The position numbers and the translations under genes are program-made. A stretch of DNA of 64,000 nt from Spirochaetia bacterium. Its GTDB lineage: Bacteria; Spirochaetota; Spirochaetia; SZUA-6; Bin103. The stretch spans positions 2,560,001 through 2,624,000 of the forward strand of contig OZ241907.1 in NCBI GenBank assembly GCA_965203515.1, in the 5' to 3' direction. Shown piece after piece: positions 52,036-61,098 of this stretch. The notes under the pieces were generated by a model. That model ran no database searches. It had not been told where the DNA came from and worked only from the letters and a program-made list of their open reading frames with translations. The first letter of the stretch is position 1; each line of letters opens with the position of its first letter.

Positions 52036-52852
52036 CGCTAGCGGCGGACAGATACTCCCGCAGCGTGCCGGCGTACTGGCCCAGGACGGCGTCCGCGTCG
52101 TGCGCGCTGCCGCGCCGGTGGATGACCTCCACCGAGCAGTAGCCGTCGAAGCCGGCCTCCGCCAGCAGGCGCAACGGCGGCTCGTGGTCGTAGCGGCCGG
52201 CGCCCAGGGCCACGTTCCGCGCGCTGCCATCCGGGCCGTAGTCGCAGTCGTGCACGTGCAGATGGCGGACCAGACCCGCCAGGTTCTGCGCGGTCACCTC
52301 CGGCCGTTCCAGCAGCCGCATCGGGTGCAGCAGGTCCCACAGCACCGCGCAGCGGTCGTGGCCGACGCGCTCCACCACGGCGCGCACCGACGCCGACGCG
52401 CTCCAGCGGTCGTGGGTCTCCATCAGGACGGTCACCGAACGCGCCTCCGCCTCGTCCATCACCGCCCGGTAGCCGTCCGCCACGTAGTCGACGATCAGCA
52501 GCAGGTCGCGCGCGGCGTGCTCTCCCCCGAAGGTGCGCACGTACGGCGCGCCCAGGTCGCCGGCCAGCTCGATGTAGCGGCGCAGGTCCTCGACCTGTCG
52601 GGCGCGCTCGGCGGGGTCGGCCGCCGCCATCCGCGCGCCGGTCGCCACGCAGCAGAACTCCAGCCCTTCCCCGGCGAGCCGGTCGCGCGCGGCGCGGCGC
52701 TCGGCCGGCGTCATCGACGCCTCTATCCCTGCGGCATGATCCCACTCCACGCGGGGCTCCAGTCCCCGATAGCCGTGGCGCTTCATGGCCGACGCGATCG
52801 TGTCGAGCGTCCAGTCCGGACAGACGCTCGTCATGGTTGCCAGATGCATCAT
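52025..52852 (-). CDS. Sugar phosphate isomerase/epimerase (xylose-isomerase-like TIM barrel)
   Basis: GYRGLE, YVRTFGG, METHD, LWD, HLHVHD, FDGYCSVE. Confidence 0.85.
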   Translation of the reverse strand: MMHLATMTSVCPDWTLDTIASAMKRHGYRGLEPRVEWDHAAGIEASMTPAERRAARDRLAGEGLEFCCVATGARMAAADPAERARQVEDLRRYIELAGDLGAPYVRTFGGEHAARDLLLIVDYVADGYRAVMDEAEARSVTVLMETHDRWSASASVRAVVERVGHDRCAVLWDLLHPMRLLERPEVTAQNLAGLVRHLHVHDCDYGPDGSARNVALGAGRYDHEPPLRLLAEAGFDGYCSVEVIHRRGSAHDADAVLGQYAGTLREYLSAASASE

Positions 52853-52937
52853 GGCCGCATCTTATCTCATTCGGGGCGCGGGACGAGCCGGGAGCTCCAC
52901 GGAAATCACCGATAAGTAAAATTCTCGAATGGTCGCA

Positions 52938-52966
52938 TTGACCCGGCCGACAGCCGCCGATACCAT
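52938..52966 (+). promoter_or_regulatory. Sigma70-type promoter for the ABC operon
   Basis: TTGACC-17 nt-TACCAT, which favours ATG 52989 as the start. Confidence 0.6.
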
Positions 52967-52988
52967 GCCTGCCTTGTCGGGCGATGCG

Positions 52989-54107
52989 ATGAAGACAGGA
53001 GAGGCGGCGGACGCGGTCCCGTACGTCGAGTTCGAGTCGATCGTAAAGAGTTACGACGGTCGCACGCTGGTGGTTTCGGACCTCGACCTGAGCATCCGCG
53101 AAGGGGAGTTCCTGACGTTGCTCGGGCCGTCCGGTTCGGGCAAGACCACCTGCCTGATGATGCTGGCCGGCTTCGAGACGCCGTCGGCCGGCACCATCCG
53201 CATCGCCGGCCGGTCGGTGCACGACCTGCCGCCGCGGCAGCGCAACATCGGCGTCGTCTTTCAGAACTACGCGCTGTTCCCGCACCTGACGGTAGGGCAG
53301 AATCTTTCCTTTCCCCTCGAAGTGCGCCGGCTCGATCCCGCGCAGCGTCGGGAGCGCGTGCGGCGGGCGCTGCGGCTGGTACGGCTGGAGGGATTCGAGG
53401 ATCGGCGGCCCGACGAGCTGTCCGGGGGGCAGCAGCAGCGCGTCGCCATCGGCCGCGCGCTGGTGTTCGAACCCAGCCTGGTGCTGATGGACGAGCCGCT
53501 GGGCGCGCTGGACCGCAGCCTGCGCGAGGAGATGCAGTACGAGATCCGCCGCATCCAGCGCACGCTCGGCGTCACCGTCGTCTACGTCACCCACGACCAG
53601 CAGGAAGCGATGGTGATGTCCGACCGCATCGCCGTGTTCAACCGCGGGCGCATCGAGCAGGTGGCGCCGCCGGAAATCCTCTACGAGGAGCCGGAGCGGC
53701 CGTTCGTGGCGCGCTTCATCGGCGGCAACAACCTGCTGCGCGGTCGGGTGACCGAGGTCGACGGCGATTATTGTCTGGTCGGAGTGAACGGCTGGATGAT
53801 CGCCGCCTACCGCGTGGCGGCGTGCGCGGTGGGCGACGAGGTGACGGTCGCCATCCGCCCGGAACGGGTCGGCATCGCTTCCCGCCCCGGCCACTACAGC
53901 AACCAGTTCGAGGTGCGGGTGGAGACGATCGCCTTTCTGGGCGACCACCTGATCGTGCAGGTCCAGGCCGGCGAGCGCACCGACTTTGCCCTCAAGATAC
54001 CCAACATCACCGGTCACGGGGGGATGCTGGAAGGCGATACGATCACGATAGGATGGACGGCGGCCGACTGCCGCGCACTCGCCATCGACAAGGAGGACGC
54101 AGAATGA
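52989..54107 (+). CDS. Polyamine-type ABC transporter ATP-binding subunit (PotA-like, TOBE domain)
   Basis: GPSGSGKT, FQNYALFPH, LSGGQQQR, LMDEP, VTHDQ. Confidence 0.93.
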   Translation: MKTGEAADAVPYVEFESIVKSYDGRTLVVSDLDLSIREGEFLTLLGPSGSGKTTCLMMLAGFETPSAGTIRIAGRSVHDLPPRQRNIGVVFQNYALFPHLTVGQNLSFPLEVRRLDPAQRRERVRRALRLVRLEGFEDRRPDELSGGQQQRVAIGRALVFEPSLVLMDEPLGALDRSLREEMQYEIRRIQRTLGVTVVYVTHDQQEAMVMSDRIAVFNRGRIEQVAPPEILYEEPERPFVARFIGGNNLLRGRVTEVDGDYCLVGVNGWMIAAYRVAACAVGDEVTVAIRPERVGIASRPGHYSNQFEVRVETIAFLGDHLIVQVQAGERTDFALKIPNITGHGGMLEGDTITIGWTAADCRALAIDKEDAE

Positions 54108-55195
54108 AGACCACGGGACGCACCCTGACCGCGGCGTTGGCGGCGCTGGCCGCCCTGGCCGGGAGCTTCTCCGCAGCCGCCGAGGAGCTGACCATGGTGT
54201 CGTGGGGCGGAGCGTACGGCCGCGCCACCCAGCTGGCGCTGCTCGATCCGTTCGGCGCGGCGACCGGCGTCGCGATCGACCGGGAGGACTACAACGGCGG
54301 CCTCGCCGAGATACGCGCGCAGGTAGAGACGGGAAACGTGCACTGGGACGTCGTCGACCTGGAAGCCGCCGACGCCGTGCGCGGCTGCGACGAGGGCCTG
54401 TTGGAGGTGATCTCGGCAGAGGACCTCTTTCCCGGACAGGACGCGGCCGCCGCGGCGGAGGACTTCCTGCCCGGCACGCTGACCGAATGCGGCGTCGGGA
54501 TCGTCGTCTACTCGACGATATACGCCTACCGCACCGATCACTTCACGGCAGAGCAGCCGTCGACCATGGCCGACTTCTTCGACGTGGAGCGGTTTCCCGG
54601 CCGCCGCGGCATGCGGCGCTCGCCGTACGGCAACCTGGAGTTCGCGCTGGTGGCCGACGGCGTGCCGGTGACTGAGGTGTACGCGACCCTGGACACGCCG
54701 GAGGGCGTGGAACGGGCGTTCCGCAAGCTCGACTCGATCAAGGAGCACGTAGTGTGGTGGGAGGCCGGCGCGCAGCCGCCGCAGATGCTCGCCGACGGCG
54801 AGGTGGCGATGACCACCGCCTACAACGGCCGCATCTTCGACGCGCAGGTCTCGGAGGGGCAGCCGTTCGCGATCGTGTGGGACGGTCAGGTGCTCGACCA
54901 CTCGCAACTGGCGATCGTGGCGGGGGCGCCCAACGCGGAGACGGCGCTCCGGTTTCTGGCCTACATGGCCCAGCCGGCGTCGCTGGCCGCCATGAGCGGC
55001 TACATCTCCTACAGTCCGCCGCGGCGTTCGGCGGTGCCCCTGGTCACCACCCACGTCGAGACCGGCGTGGAGATGGCGCCGCACCTGCCGGTCAGCCCGG
55101 ACAAGCTGGAGCGGTCGGTGTTCAACGACTGGCTCTGGTGGGCCGACTACGGAGACGAGATAACCGATCGCTTCGCTGCGTGGCTGGCGCGCTGA
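54104..55195 (+). CDS. ABC transporter substrate-binding protein (polyamine/PotD-like)
   Basis: Signal peptide, VSWGGAY, FFDVERFPGRRG, LEFALVADGV, AYNGR. Confidence 0.88.
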   Translation: MKTTGRTLTAALAALAALAGSFSAAAEELTMVSWGGAYGRATQLALLDPFGAATGVAIDREDYNGGLAEIRAQVETGNVHWDVVDLEAADAVRGCDEGLLEVISAEDLFPGQDAAAAAEDFLPGTLTECGVGIVVYSTIYAYRTDHFTAEQPSTMADFFDVERFPGRRGMRRSPYGNLEFALVADGVPVTEVYATLDTPEGVERAFRKLDSIKEHVVWWEAGAQPPQMLADGEVAMTTAYNGRIFDAQVSEGQPFAIVWDGQVLDHSQLAIVAGAPNAETALRFLAYMAQPASLAAMSGYISYSPPRRSAVPLVTTHVETGVEMAPHLPVSPDKLERSVFNDWLWWADYGDEITDRFAAWLAR

Positions 55196-56418
55196 GCCGC
55201 GGGCTCAACGCCGGCCAGCGCCGCGGCGCCCGGCTCAACGGCGCCCGGCTCCGGGCCGCGGCGCTGGTGGCTCCGCTGGCGGCGTTCGTGGGGGTGGCGT
55301 TCCTGACGCCGCTGGCGACGATGCTGGTGCGTAGCGTCCACGATCCGGTGGTCGCCGCGGCGCTGCCCGACACCCTGGCGGCGCTGGGCGGCTGGGACGG
55401 CCGCTCGGCGCCGCCGCCGGCGGCCTTCCGGACGGCGGCCCGCGAGCTGCTGCAGGCGCGCGAAGCGCGCACGCTCGGCCAGATCGCCACCCGCGTCAAC
55501 CGCGTGGAGGCGGGGCTGCGGAGCGTCTTCACGCGCAGCATGCGCCGGCTGCAGGGCGTGGAGACCGACGACTGGGCCGCCGCCATGGTGGCGGCCGATC
55601 CGGCCTGGGGAGAGCCCCGCACGTGGCGGGCGCTGCAGCGCGCCGGCGAACGCTGGACGGTGCGCCACTACCTCAATGCCATGGACCGGGAACGCGGGCC
55701 GGACGGCCGGATCGTGCGCCGGCCGCCCGAGCAGCGCATCTATCTGCAGCTCTTCGGCCGGACCTTCCTGGTCAGCCTGGCGGTCACGGCGCTCTGCCTG
55801 CTGCTCGGCTATCCGCTCGCCTTTCTGATCGCGCACGCGCCGCCGCGCCGCGCCGCGCTGCTGCTGGTCGGCGTGCTGCTGCCGTTCTGGACCTCGCTGC
55901 TGGTGCGGACGACCTCCTGGATCGTGCTGCTGCAGTCGCAGGGCGTGATCAACGACCTGCTGGTGGCGCTGGGCGTGATCGGCGACGGGCAACGCCTTGC
56001 CATGGTCTACAACATGACCGGTACCCTGGTGGCGATGACCCACGTGCTGATGCCGTTCATGGTGCTGTCGCTCTACTCGGTGATGCGCACCATCCGGCCG
56101 CTCTACCTGCGCGCCGCCGCCTCGCTGGGTGCGGGGCCGATACAGGCGTTTTGGCGCATCTACTGGCCGCAGTCGCTGCCCGGCGTGGGCGCCGGGTCGC
56201 TGCTGGTCTTCATCGTCGCGCTGGGCTACTACATCACGCCGGCGCTGGTGGGCGGCCGCAGCGGCCAGCTCATCTCCAACCTGATCGCCTACCACATGCA
56301 GGAGTCGCTCAACTGGGGGCTGGCGGCGGCGCTGGGCGGCGTGCTGTTGACGTGCGTGCTCGTCCTCTACGTGGTCTATGACCGCGTGGTCGGCATCAAC
56401 CGCCTGCGGCTGGGCTGA
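55192..56418 (+). CDS. ABC transporter permease (PotB-like); start uncertain
   Basis: LLPFWTSLLVRT, HVLMPFMVL, AAASLGA, LGYYITPALVGG. Start is CTG 55192 or GTG 55267. Confidence 0.88.
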   Translation: MSRGLNAGQRRGARLNGARLRAAALVAPLAAFVGVAFLTPLATMLVRSVHDPVVAAALPDTLAALGGWDGRSAPPPAAFRTAARELLQAREARTLGQIATRVNRVEAGLRSVFTRSMRRLQGVETDDWAAAMVAADPAWGEPRTWRALQRAGERWTVRHYLNAMDRERGPDGRIVRRPPEQRIYLQLFGRTFLVSLAVTALCLLLGYPLAFLIAHAPPRRAALLLVGVLLPFWTSLLVRTTSWIVLLQSQGVINDLLVALGVIGDGQRLAMVYNMTGTLVAMTHVLMPFMVLSLYSVMRTIRPLYLRAAASLGAGPIQAFWRIYWPQSLPGVGAGSLLVFIVALGYYITPALVGGRSGQLISNLIAYHMQESLNWGLAAALGGVLLTCVLVLYVVYDRVVGINRLRLG

Positions 56419-56420
56419 CC

Positions 56421-57284
56421 ATGCCGTCCGGCGCGCCCATGCCAGCCGGCGCACCGCCCCGGAGCTTCGCGGAACGGGCCGGCCGGTTCCTGTTGCTGGC
56501 GGTCTGCGCGGCGGTCCTGCTGTTCCTGATCGCGCCGCTGCTGGTGGTGGTGCCGCTCAGCTTCAACGCCGAGCCGTACTTCACCTTCACGGAGGGCATG
56601 CTGCGGCTCGACGCCGACGCGTACTCGCTGCGCTGGTACCGGGGCGTCGCCGGCGATCAGGAGTGGCGGCGCGCGCTGGTCAACAGCCTGGTCATCGGCG
56701 CCGCGGCGACGGCGCTGGCGACCGCGCTCGGCACGCTGGCCGCGCTCGGCCTGTCGAATCCGGCGATGCCGTTGCGCACGCCGATCATGGGCATGCTGCT
56801 CTCGCCGATCGTCACGCCGCTGATCATCTCGGCGGTCGGCATGTTCTTCTTCTACTCGGAGATCGGTCTGGCGCAGAGCCACCTGGGGCTGATCCTGGCC
56901 CATACCACGCTCGGCGCGCCGTTCGTGGTGATCACGGTCACCGCCACGCTGTCCGGCTTCGACCGGAACCTGACGCGCGCCGCCGCCAGTCTGGGCGCCG
57001 GGCCGCTGACCGGCTTTCTGCGCATCCAGCTCCCCTTGATCATGCCGGGCGTCGTCTCCGGCGCGCTGTTCGCGTTTGCGACCTCGTTCGACGAGGTGGT
57101 CACGGTGCTGTTCATCGGCGGGCTGGAGCAGCGCACGATCCCGCGGCAGATGTGGTCCGGCATCCGTGAGGAGATCAGTCCGGCGATCCTGGCGGTGGCC
57201 ACCTTCCTGCTGGTATTCGCGCTGCTCTTCATGGCGACCGTCGAATGGCTGCGCCAGCGCGGCGCCGGCCGGCCGGCGTCATGA
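56421..57284 (+). CDS. ABC transporter permease (PotC-like)
   Basis: PLLVVVPLSF, SLRWY, AAASLGA, FATSFDEVV. Confidence 0.9.
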   Translation: MPSGAPMPAGAPPRSFAERAGRFLLLAVCAAVLLFLIAPLLVVVPLSFNAEPYFTFTEGMLRLDADAYSLRWYRGVAGDQEWRRALVNSLVIGAAATALATALGTLAALGLSNPAMPLRTPIMGMLLSPIVTPLIISAVGMFFFYSEIGLAQSHLGLILAHTTLGAPFVVITVTATLSGFDRNLTRAAASLGAGPLTGFLRIQLPLIMPGVVSGALFAFATSFDEVVTVLFIGGLEQRTIPRQMWSGIREEISPAILAVATFLLVFALLFMATVEWLRQRGAGRPAS

Positions 57285-57296
57285 CGAACCGCCTTC

Positions 57297-57749
57297 CTAC
57301 GGATTGCCGGCCAGGCCCGGGTAAGTTCTTGAGACACAGTCGGCAATAAGGTCCCCGACAAGCGCCGCCTGGGATTCACCGTCCGGTAATCCGCGGATCT
57401 CGCAGTGCGATGGGTCGGCCGGATAGTCGCGCTCTTGCGAAAGCGGCCGGTGCTCGAAGCGCAACCGAGCCGCTTCACGTGTCTTTCGTTTCGTCATACC
57501 GACGTTCAACTCCGCAAGCCGTCCCCGTCTCCTCATCGTTATGCGCGAAAGACGCCGTACATCTTCAAGTTGTTCCGACCTGACGCGGTTTGCAAAATGC
57601 TCCAGCCAGTTGACTGACAGACCGATCTCACCGGATCGCAGACGAAATGCCGATCCATCGACACTGCCGTCTTCCCGAACGAAGGTGGGCTTTACGTAGC
57701 GTACTACGTGATGCTCGGCGCTTAATTCCGTGCCGTTCATCGGAGTCAT
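57297..57749 (-). CDS. Hypothetical protein with an ADP-ribosyltransferase-like (R...S...H) pattern
   Basis: HVVRY...SAFRLR..EIGLSVNW...DPSHCEI; ATG 57749 overlaps the upstream stop. The fold is inferred. Confidence 0.5.
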   Translation of the reverse strand: MTPMNGTELSAEHHVVRYVKPTFVREDGSVDGSAFRLRSGEIGLSVNWLEHFANRVRSEQLEDVRRLSRITMRRRGRLAELNVGMTKRKTREAARLRFEHRPLSQERDYPADPSHCEIRGLPDGESQAALVGDLIADCVSRTYPGLAGNP

Positions 57750-58405
57750 TGCAGAAATGAGGCCAGTTTCGAAGCCCGAATCTGCTCTTTGACACCCTCG
57801 AATGTATCGCGATCCGCCTTCGTCCAAAGATTCACCGAACCGGTACGCCGTGTCCACATCACGTACTCGATCCGACGCCCGCCGAGGAATTGGAGCCCCA
57901 CGTGCTTTACTTCATCTCCACGCCAAACGGCGCGCAGATTGCCGCTGTCCGTGACTACGATTTCAGCTTTCAGAGTATAGGGGACCGATCGCATGAACTT
58001 CCAGAAGTCCTGCTCGGAGGTATCGTTGAAAACGATTCCCTCATCCTCGGCGGTTACTTTCAGCATCTCGATTCGGGCTCGATACGCATTGAAGGTGTCG
58101 TTTCGCAAACGATCCGAACTCTGTTCCAATTCAGCAGAAAAATCGGCCCATGGGTTTCTATGAATCCTGTTTGCGACAGACGGCGTAGTCTCGGCGTCTT
58201 GGCCGCTGCCGCCGATGCACAACCCCCATATGCCGTCTCCAAGTCTTTCTTTCGAAAGAAGATGTTGCGAATGCCGGTAACAGGACCGACGAACGTATAG
58301 AGAGAATAATTCCTCATGTTGGCGATTGTCCTGGTCGAACGCCGTCGTGGATTCGGTTTTGGCGAACGGGCCTGTAGGGTCCGCTGCAATCGCCGTGGCG
58401 CTCAT
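57746..58405 (-). CDS. Hypothetical protein, middle gene of the islet
   Basis: 219-aa ORF with ATGA overlaps at both ends; polar, apparently unstructured N-half and alpha/beta-like C-half. Confidence 0.65.
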   Translation of the reverse strand: MSATAIAADPTGPFAKTESTTAFDQDNRQHEELFSLYVRRSCYRHSQHLLSKERLGDGIWGLCIGGSGQDAETTPSVANRIHRNPWADFSAELEQSSDRLRNDTFNAYRARIEMLKVTAEDEGIVFNDTSEQDFWKFMRSVPYTLKAEIVVTDSGNLRAVWRGDEVKHVGLQFLGGRRIEYVMWTRRTGSVNLWTKADRDTFEGVKEQIRASKLASFLQ

Positions 58406-59259
58406 GACGGATGCTCCCGTTCCCAGTGTTCCTTCTGGACGTGTTGATCCGTCATGCCGAGAAAACAATCCATAACGATTTCATGTGCGCGATCGAACCA
58501 GTTATCGGCTTCCGATTTCGCGATGCATCCAAATTGTTCGGTCGCCTTTATTTCAAACACGAGAATGGGAACGCTGGGGGCCTGGATCGTTTTCCCGCTC
58601 CGTGCGGCGACCTGTAGATGCATTGCATTCTCTTTCTCCGTACGAAAGGCAAATTTGCAGTCGAAGTCGGCTGAGGACCAACGATCGTCGCCAAGCGTGA
58701 GCATGGAGAAAGCCGGGATTATCTTGTTCGTATCCTGTGGTCTCTGCCAATACTTGCACTGCTGAATAGTGTTTACGTAGGTAAGTTCGCATAAATCAAT
58801 TGCCGGCTCTGCAGATGGAGATTCAGTGCGAACGAACTCCGAAAACAGAGCGTAGTATTTGTCGAAATCGGGTTTTATGGAACGATATCTCGGGTAAATG
58901 CCGTCCTGTCGTCGCCGCCAATTGAACACGAACGCGTTCTTCTGAACTTGGATAAGGCTGGCCTCATCGTCAGCGATGAACCAATAGCGAGGCATCGGGA
59001 AGAAGTCGGAGCCGTCAGTAATTACCTCTCCTACCGGTGGTAGCTTGCGCACCTCCGGAAACTTGCTCCTGATCCGTGCCCAGTACAGCCCTATGTGCTC
59101 GGTGCTCAGTTCAAGGGCAGGCTTGAAGTAGGTGGCGATTACGACTTCGCTGATCGGTGGACGTTTGAAGCGGATGGTTGATTCCGCCCTCTCGATGTGG
59201 GGATCTTCAGGGAGTCGCTTGGACGGGGTCACCGGAACGTCGTGCTCACGGTGGATCAC
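58402..59259 (-). CDS. TIGR04255-like family protein
   Basis: FKRPPISEVV, PRYWF, LIQVQKNAFVFNWRR...YPRY, ELTYVN, WFDRAHEIV..CF..MT...W pattern. Start approximate. Confidence 0.75.
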   Translation of the reverse strand: MIHREHDVPVTPSKRLPEDPHIERAESTIRFKRPPISEVVIATYFKPALELSTEHIGLYWARIRSKFPEVRKLPPVGEVITDGSDFFPMPRYWFIADDEASLIQVQKNAFVFNWRRRQDGIYPRYRSIKPDFDKYYALFSEFVRTESPSAEPAIDLCELTYVNTIQQCKYWQRPQDTNKIIPAFSMLTLGDDRWSSADFDCKFAFRTEKENAMHLQVAARSGKTIQAPSVPILVFEIKATEQFGCIAKSEADNWFDRAHEIVMDCFLGMTDQHVQKEHWEREHPS

Positions 59260-59388
59260 GATCTCTCGCTCTGCTGCGGGTTATCTCGACGCCCGCGAAT
59301 CGTCACGGTACGCACCCTCCTGTCGCGCGGGATGATCCAGCCGTCTCGAGGCCTTCGGAGGCTAGGGTACGGGTTCCCGTCGTGAGCG

Positions 59389-60933
59389 TCAATCCGGCGC
59401 GGGCGGTGAAGCGGCCGTGATCGACTCGCCGGTGGCCGATTCGCCGCTGATCGATGCGGCGGCGTACACGCGGTACTGGTTCGGCTTGCCCGGCGAGCGG
59501 TGGCCCACCTCCCAGACGGTGCGGCCGTCGGGCGCCGCCTCGACGATGATGAAGATGCGGCAGCAGCGCTCGGCGCGGCTGGAGCCGAACAGGATCAGGG
59601 TGTTGCCGCCCGGCAGGCGTTGCACGCTGGAGCAGCACGCGGCGTACAGCGGCGGGCGGTGCCGGTATTCCCAGACCCGCCGCGCCGCCATCCGCTCCAG
59701 GTCGAGCTCCAGCTCCACGGCGCGGGAGAACTGGCCGCCTTCCGCGTAGGGACGGCCGGTGCCGTTGTCGAACAGCAGCACGTTGCCGTTGGCCAGCGGC
59801 AGCGCGGTGTGCTGCGCGTAGAAGCGGTCGCGCGGGTCGGCGAACGTGAAGTCGCTCCCCGGCCCCCCCAGGCGCCAGCGTACCGCGCCGGTGTCCGGCG
59901 CGATCGAGATCACCTGATTGAGATGGCCGAGCGACAGCAGCACGCTGCCGTCGGCGGCCATCGCCGCCGAGTTGCCGTGGCTCCAGTCCTGCACGCGCCG
60001 GTCGCGCCCGCACCCGCCCCACATGGGGTGACCGGGCAGCGTCCGGTTGGAGGCCGGCGCCACCCGGTCGGCCGGCGACAGGTGATCGAAGATGTTCCAG
60101 ACGATCGCCGCGGCGCCGGCCTCGGCATCCCAGATGCCGAGCGTGTCCCCTTCCTGCGGCGCCGGCGGATCGCCGTAGCCCTCCCACAGTACGTCTCGGG
60201 ACAGGTACAGCACGCGTCCGTCGGCCAGCGCCTGCACCTCGTGGTGCATGGGGCCGAACGGCGCGCAGACGTCGGTCAGGCGGCGTATCTCGCGGCCGGC
60301 GGGGTCGATCTCCACCAGGCCGGCCGCGGTGGTGCCGCCCCGGAAGCCGGCCAAGTAGACGATGTTGCCGTTCGGGCGGCGCGCCATCACCCAGGGCTGC
60401 TCGCCGTCCGGCGCCGGGAAGTACCAGACGACGTGGCCGGCGCCGTCGAACGCCGCCAGCCCGAAGAACTCGCTCTGCCGGAACTCCAGGAAGGTGACCG
60501 GCAGGGTCGGAGCGCCCCGCCACACGTCGAAGACCGCCTCACGCAGGCCGGCGGGCAGCTCCCCGGTCGTGAAGCGGCCGGCCGGCGCGGGCGCGGACAG
60601 GCGGCCGTCGGCGCCGACCGCGCGCGCCCGGTAGCGGTACTCGGTGGCGGCGCGCAACCGGAACAGGTCGACGGTGAAGGCGGCGCCGCGGCTCGCCGCG
60701 GGGGCCGAGCGGAGCACGGCGCCGCCGGCGGCCGGCCAGTAGTCGATCACGACGCTGCCGGGCGCGGCCAGTTCGCCTTCCACCACGGCGATCAGCGCGT
60801 TGTCGGCGTGGATGCGCGCGGCGGCGCGGAGCGGCGGCGAAGGCGCGGGGAGAGCGTCGTCGGCCCTGCCGGCCGCCGCCGCGACCAGCAGGGCGGCGGC
60901 AGCCGGCGCGAGCCGGCGGAGCGCGGTCGTCAT
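59389..60933 (-). CDS. Secreted arylsulfotransferase (ASST) family protein
   Basis: Signal peptide, Ig/Fn3-like N-domain, MHHEV, DWSHGNS, WRLGG, YAQHTA, LLFDNG, SSVQRLPGGNTLI. Confidence 0.82.
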   Translation of the reverse strand: MTTALRRLAPAAAALLVAAAAGRADDALPAPSPPLRAAARIHADNALIAVVEGELAAPGSVVIDYWPAAGGAVLRSAPAASRGAAFTVDLFRLRAATEYRYRARAVGADGRLSAPAPAGRFTTGELPAGLREAVFDVWRGAPTLPVTFLEFRQSEFFGLAAFDGAGHVVWYFPAPDGEQPWVMARRPNGNIVYLAGFRGGTTAAGLVEIDPAGREIRRLTDVCAPFGPMHHEVQALADGRVLYLSRDVLWEGYGDPPAPQEGDTLGIWDAEAGAAAIVWNIFDHLSPADRVAPASNRTLPGHPMWGGCGRDRRVQDWSHGNSAAMAADGSVLLSLGHLNQVISIAPDTGAVRWRLGGPGSDFTFADPRDRFYAQHTALPLANGNVLLFDNGTGRPYAEGGQFSRAVELELDLERMAARRVWEYRHRPPLYAACCSSVQRLPGGNTLILFGSSRAERCCRIFIIVEAAPDGRTVWEVGHRSPGKPNQYRVYAAASISGESATGESITAASPPAPD

Positions 60934-61098
60934 GCGGGCGCGCAGCCTGCCACGGCGGCGCGCCCGCCGCCAGCCATCCGGCCCGACCGCTCGGACGGTC
61001 CGGCGGCCGAGTCTTGACAGGCCGCGGGCGTTTCGGCGACCATGGCCCCCGGCTGAGCGCGTCCGCGCTGAGCATTGAGCATTTTGGAGGTATCAAAC

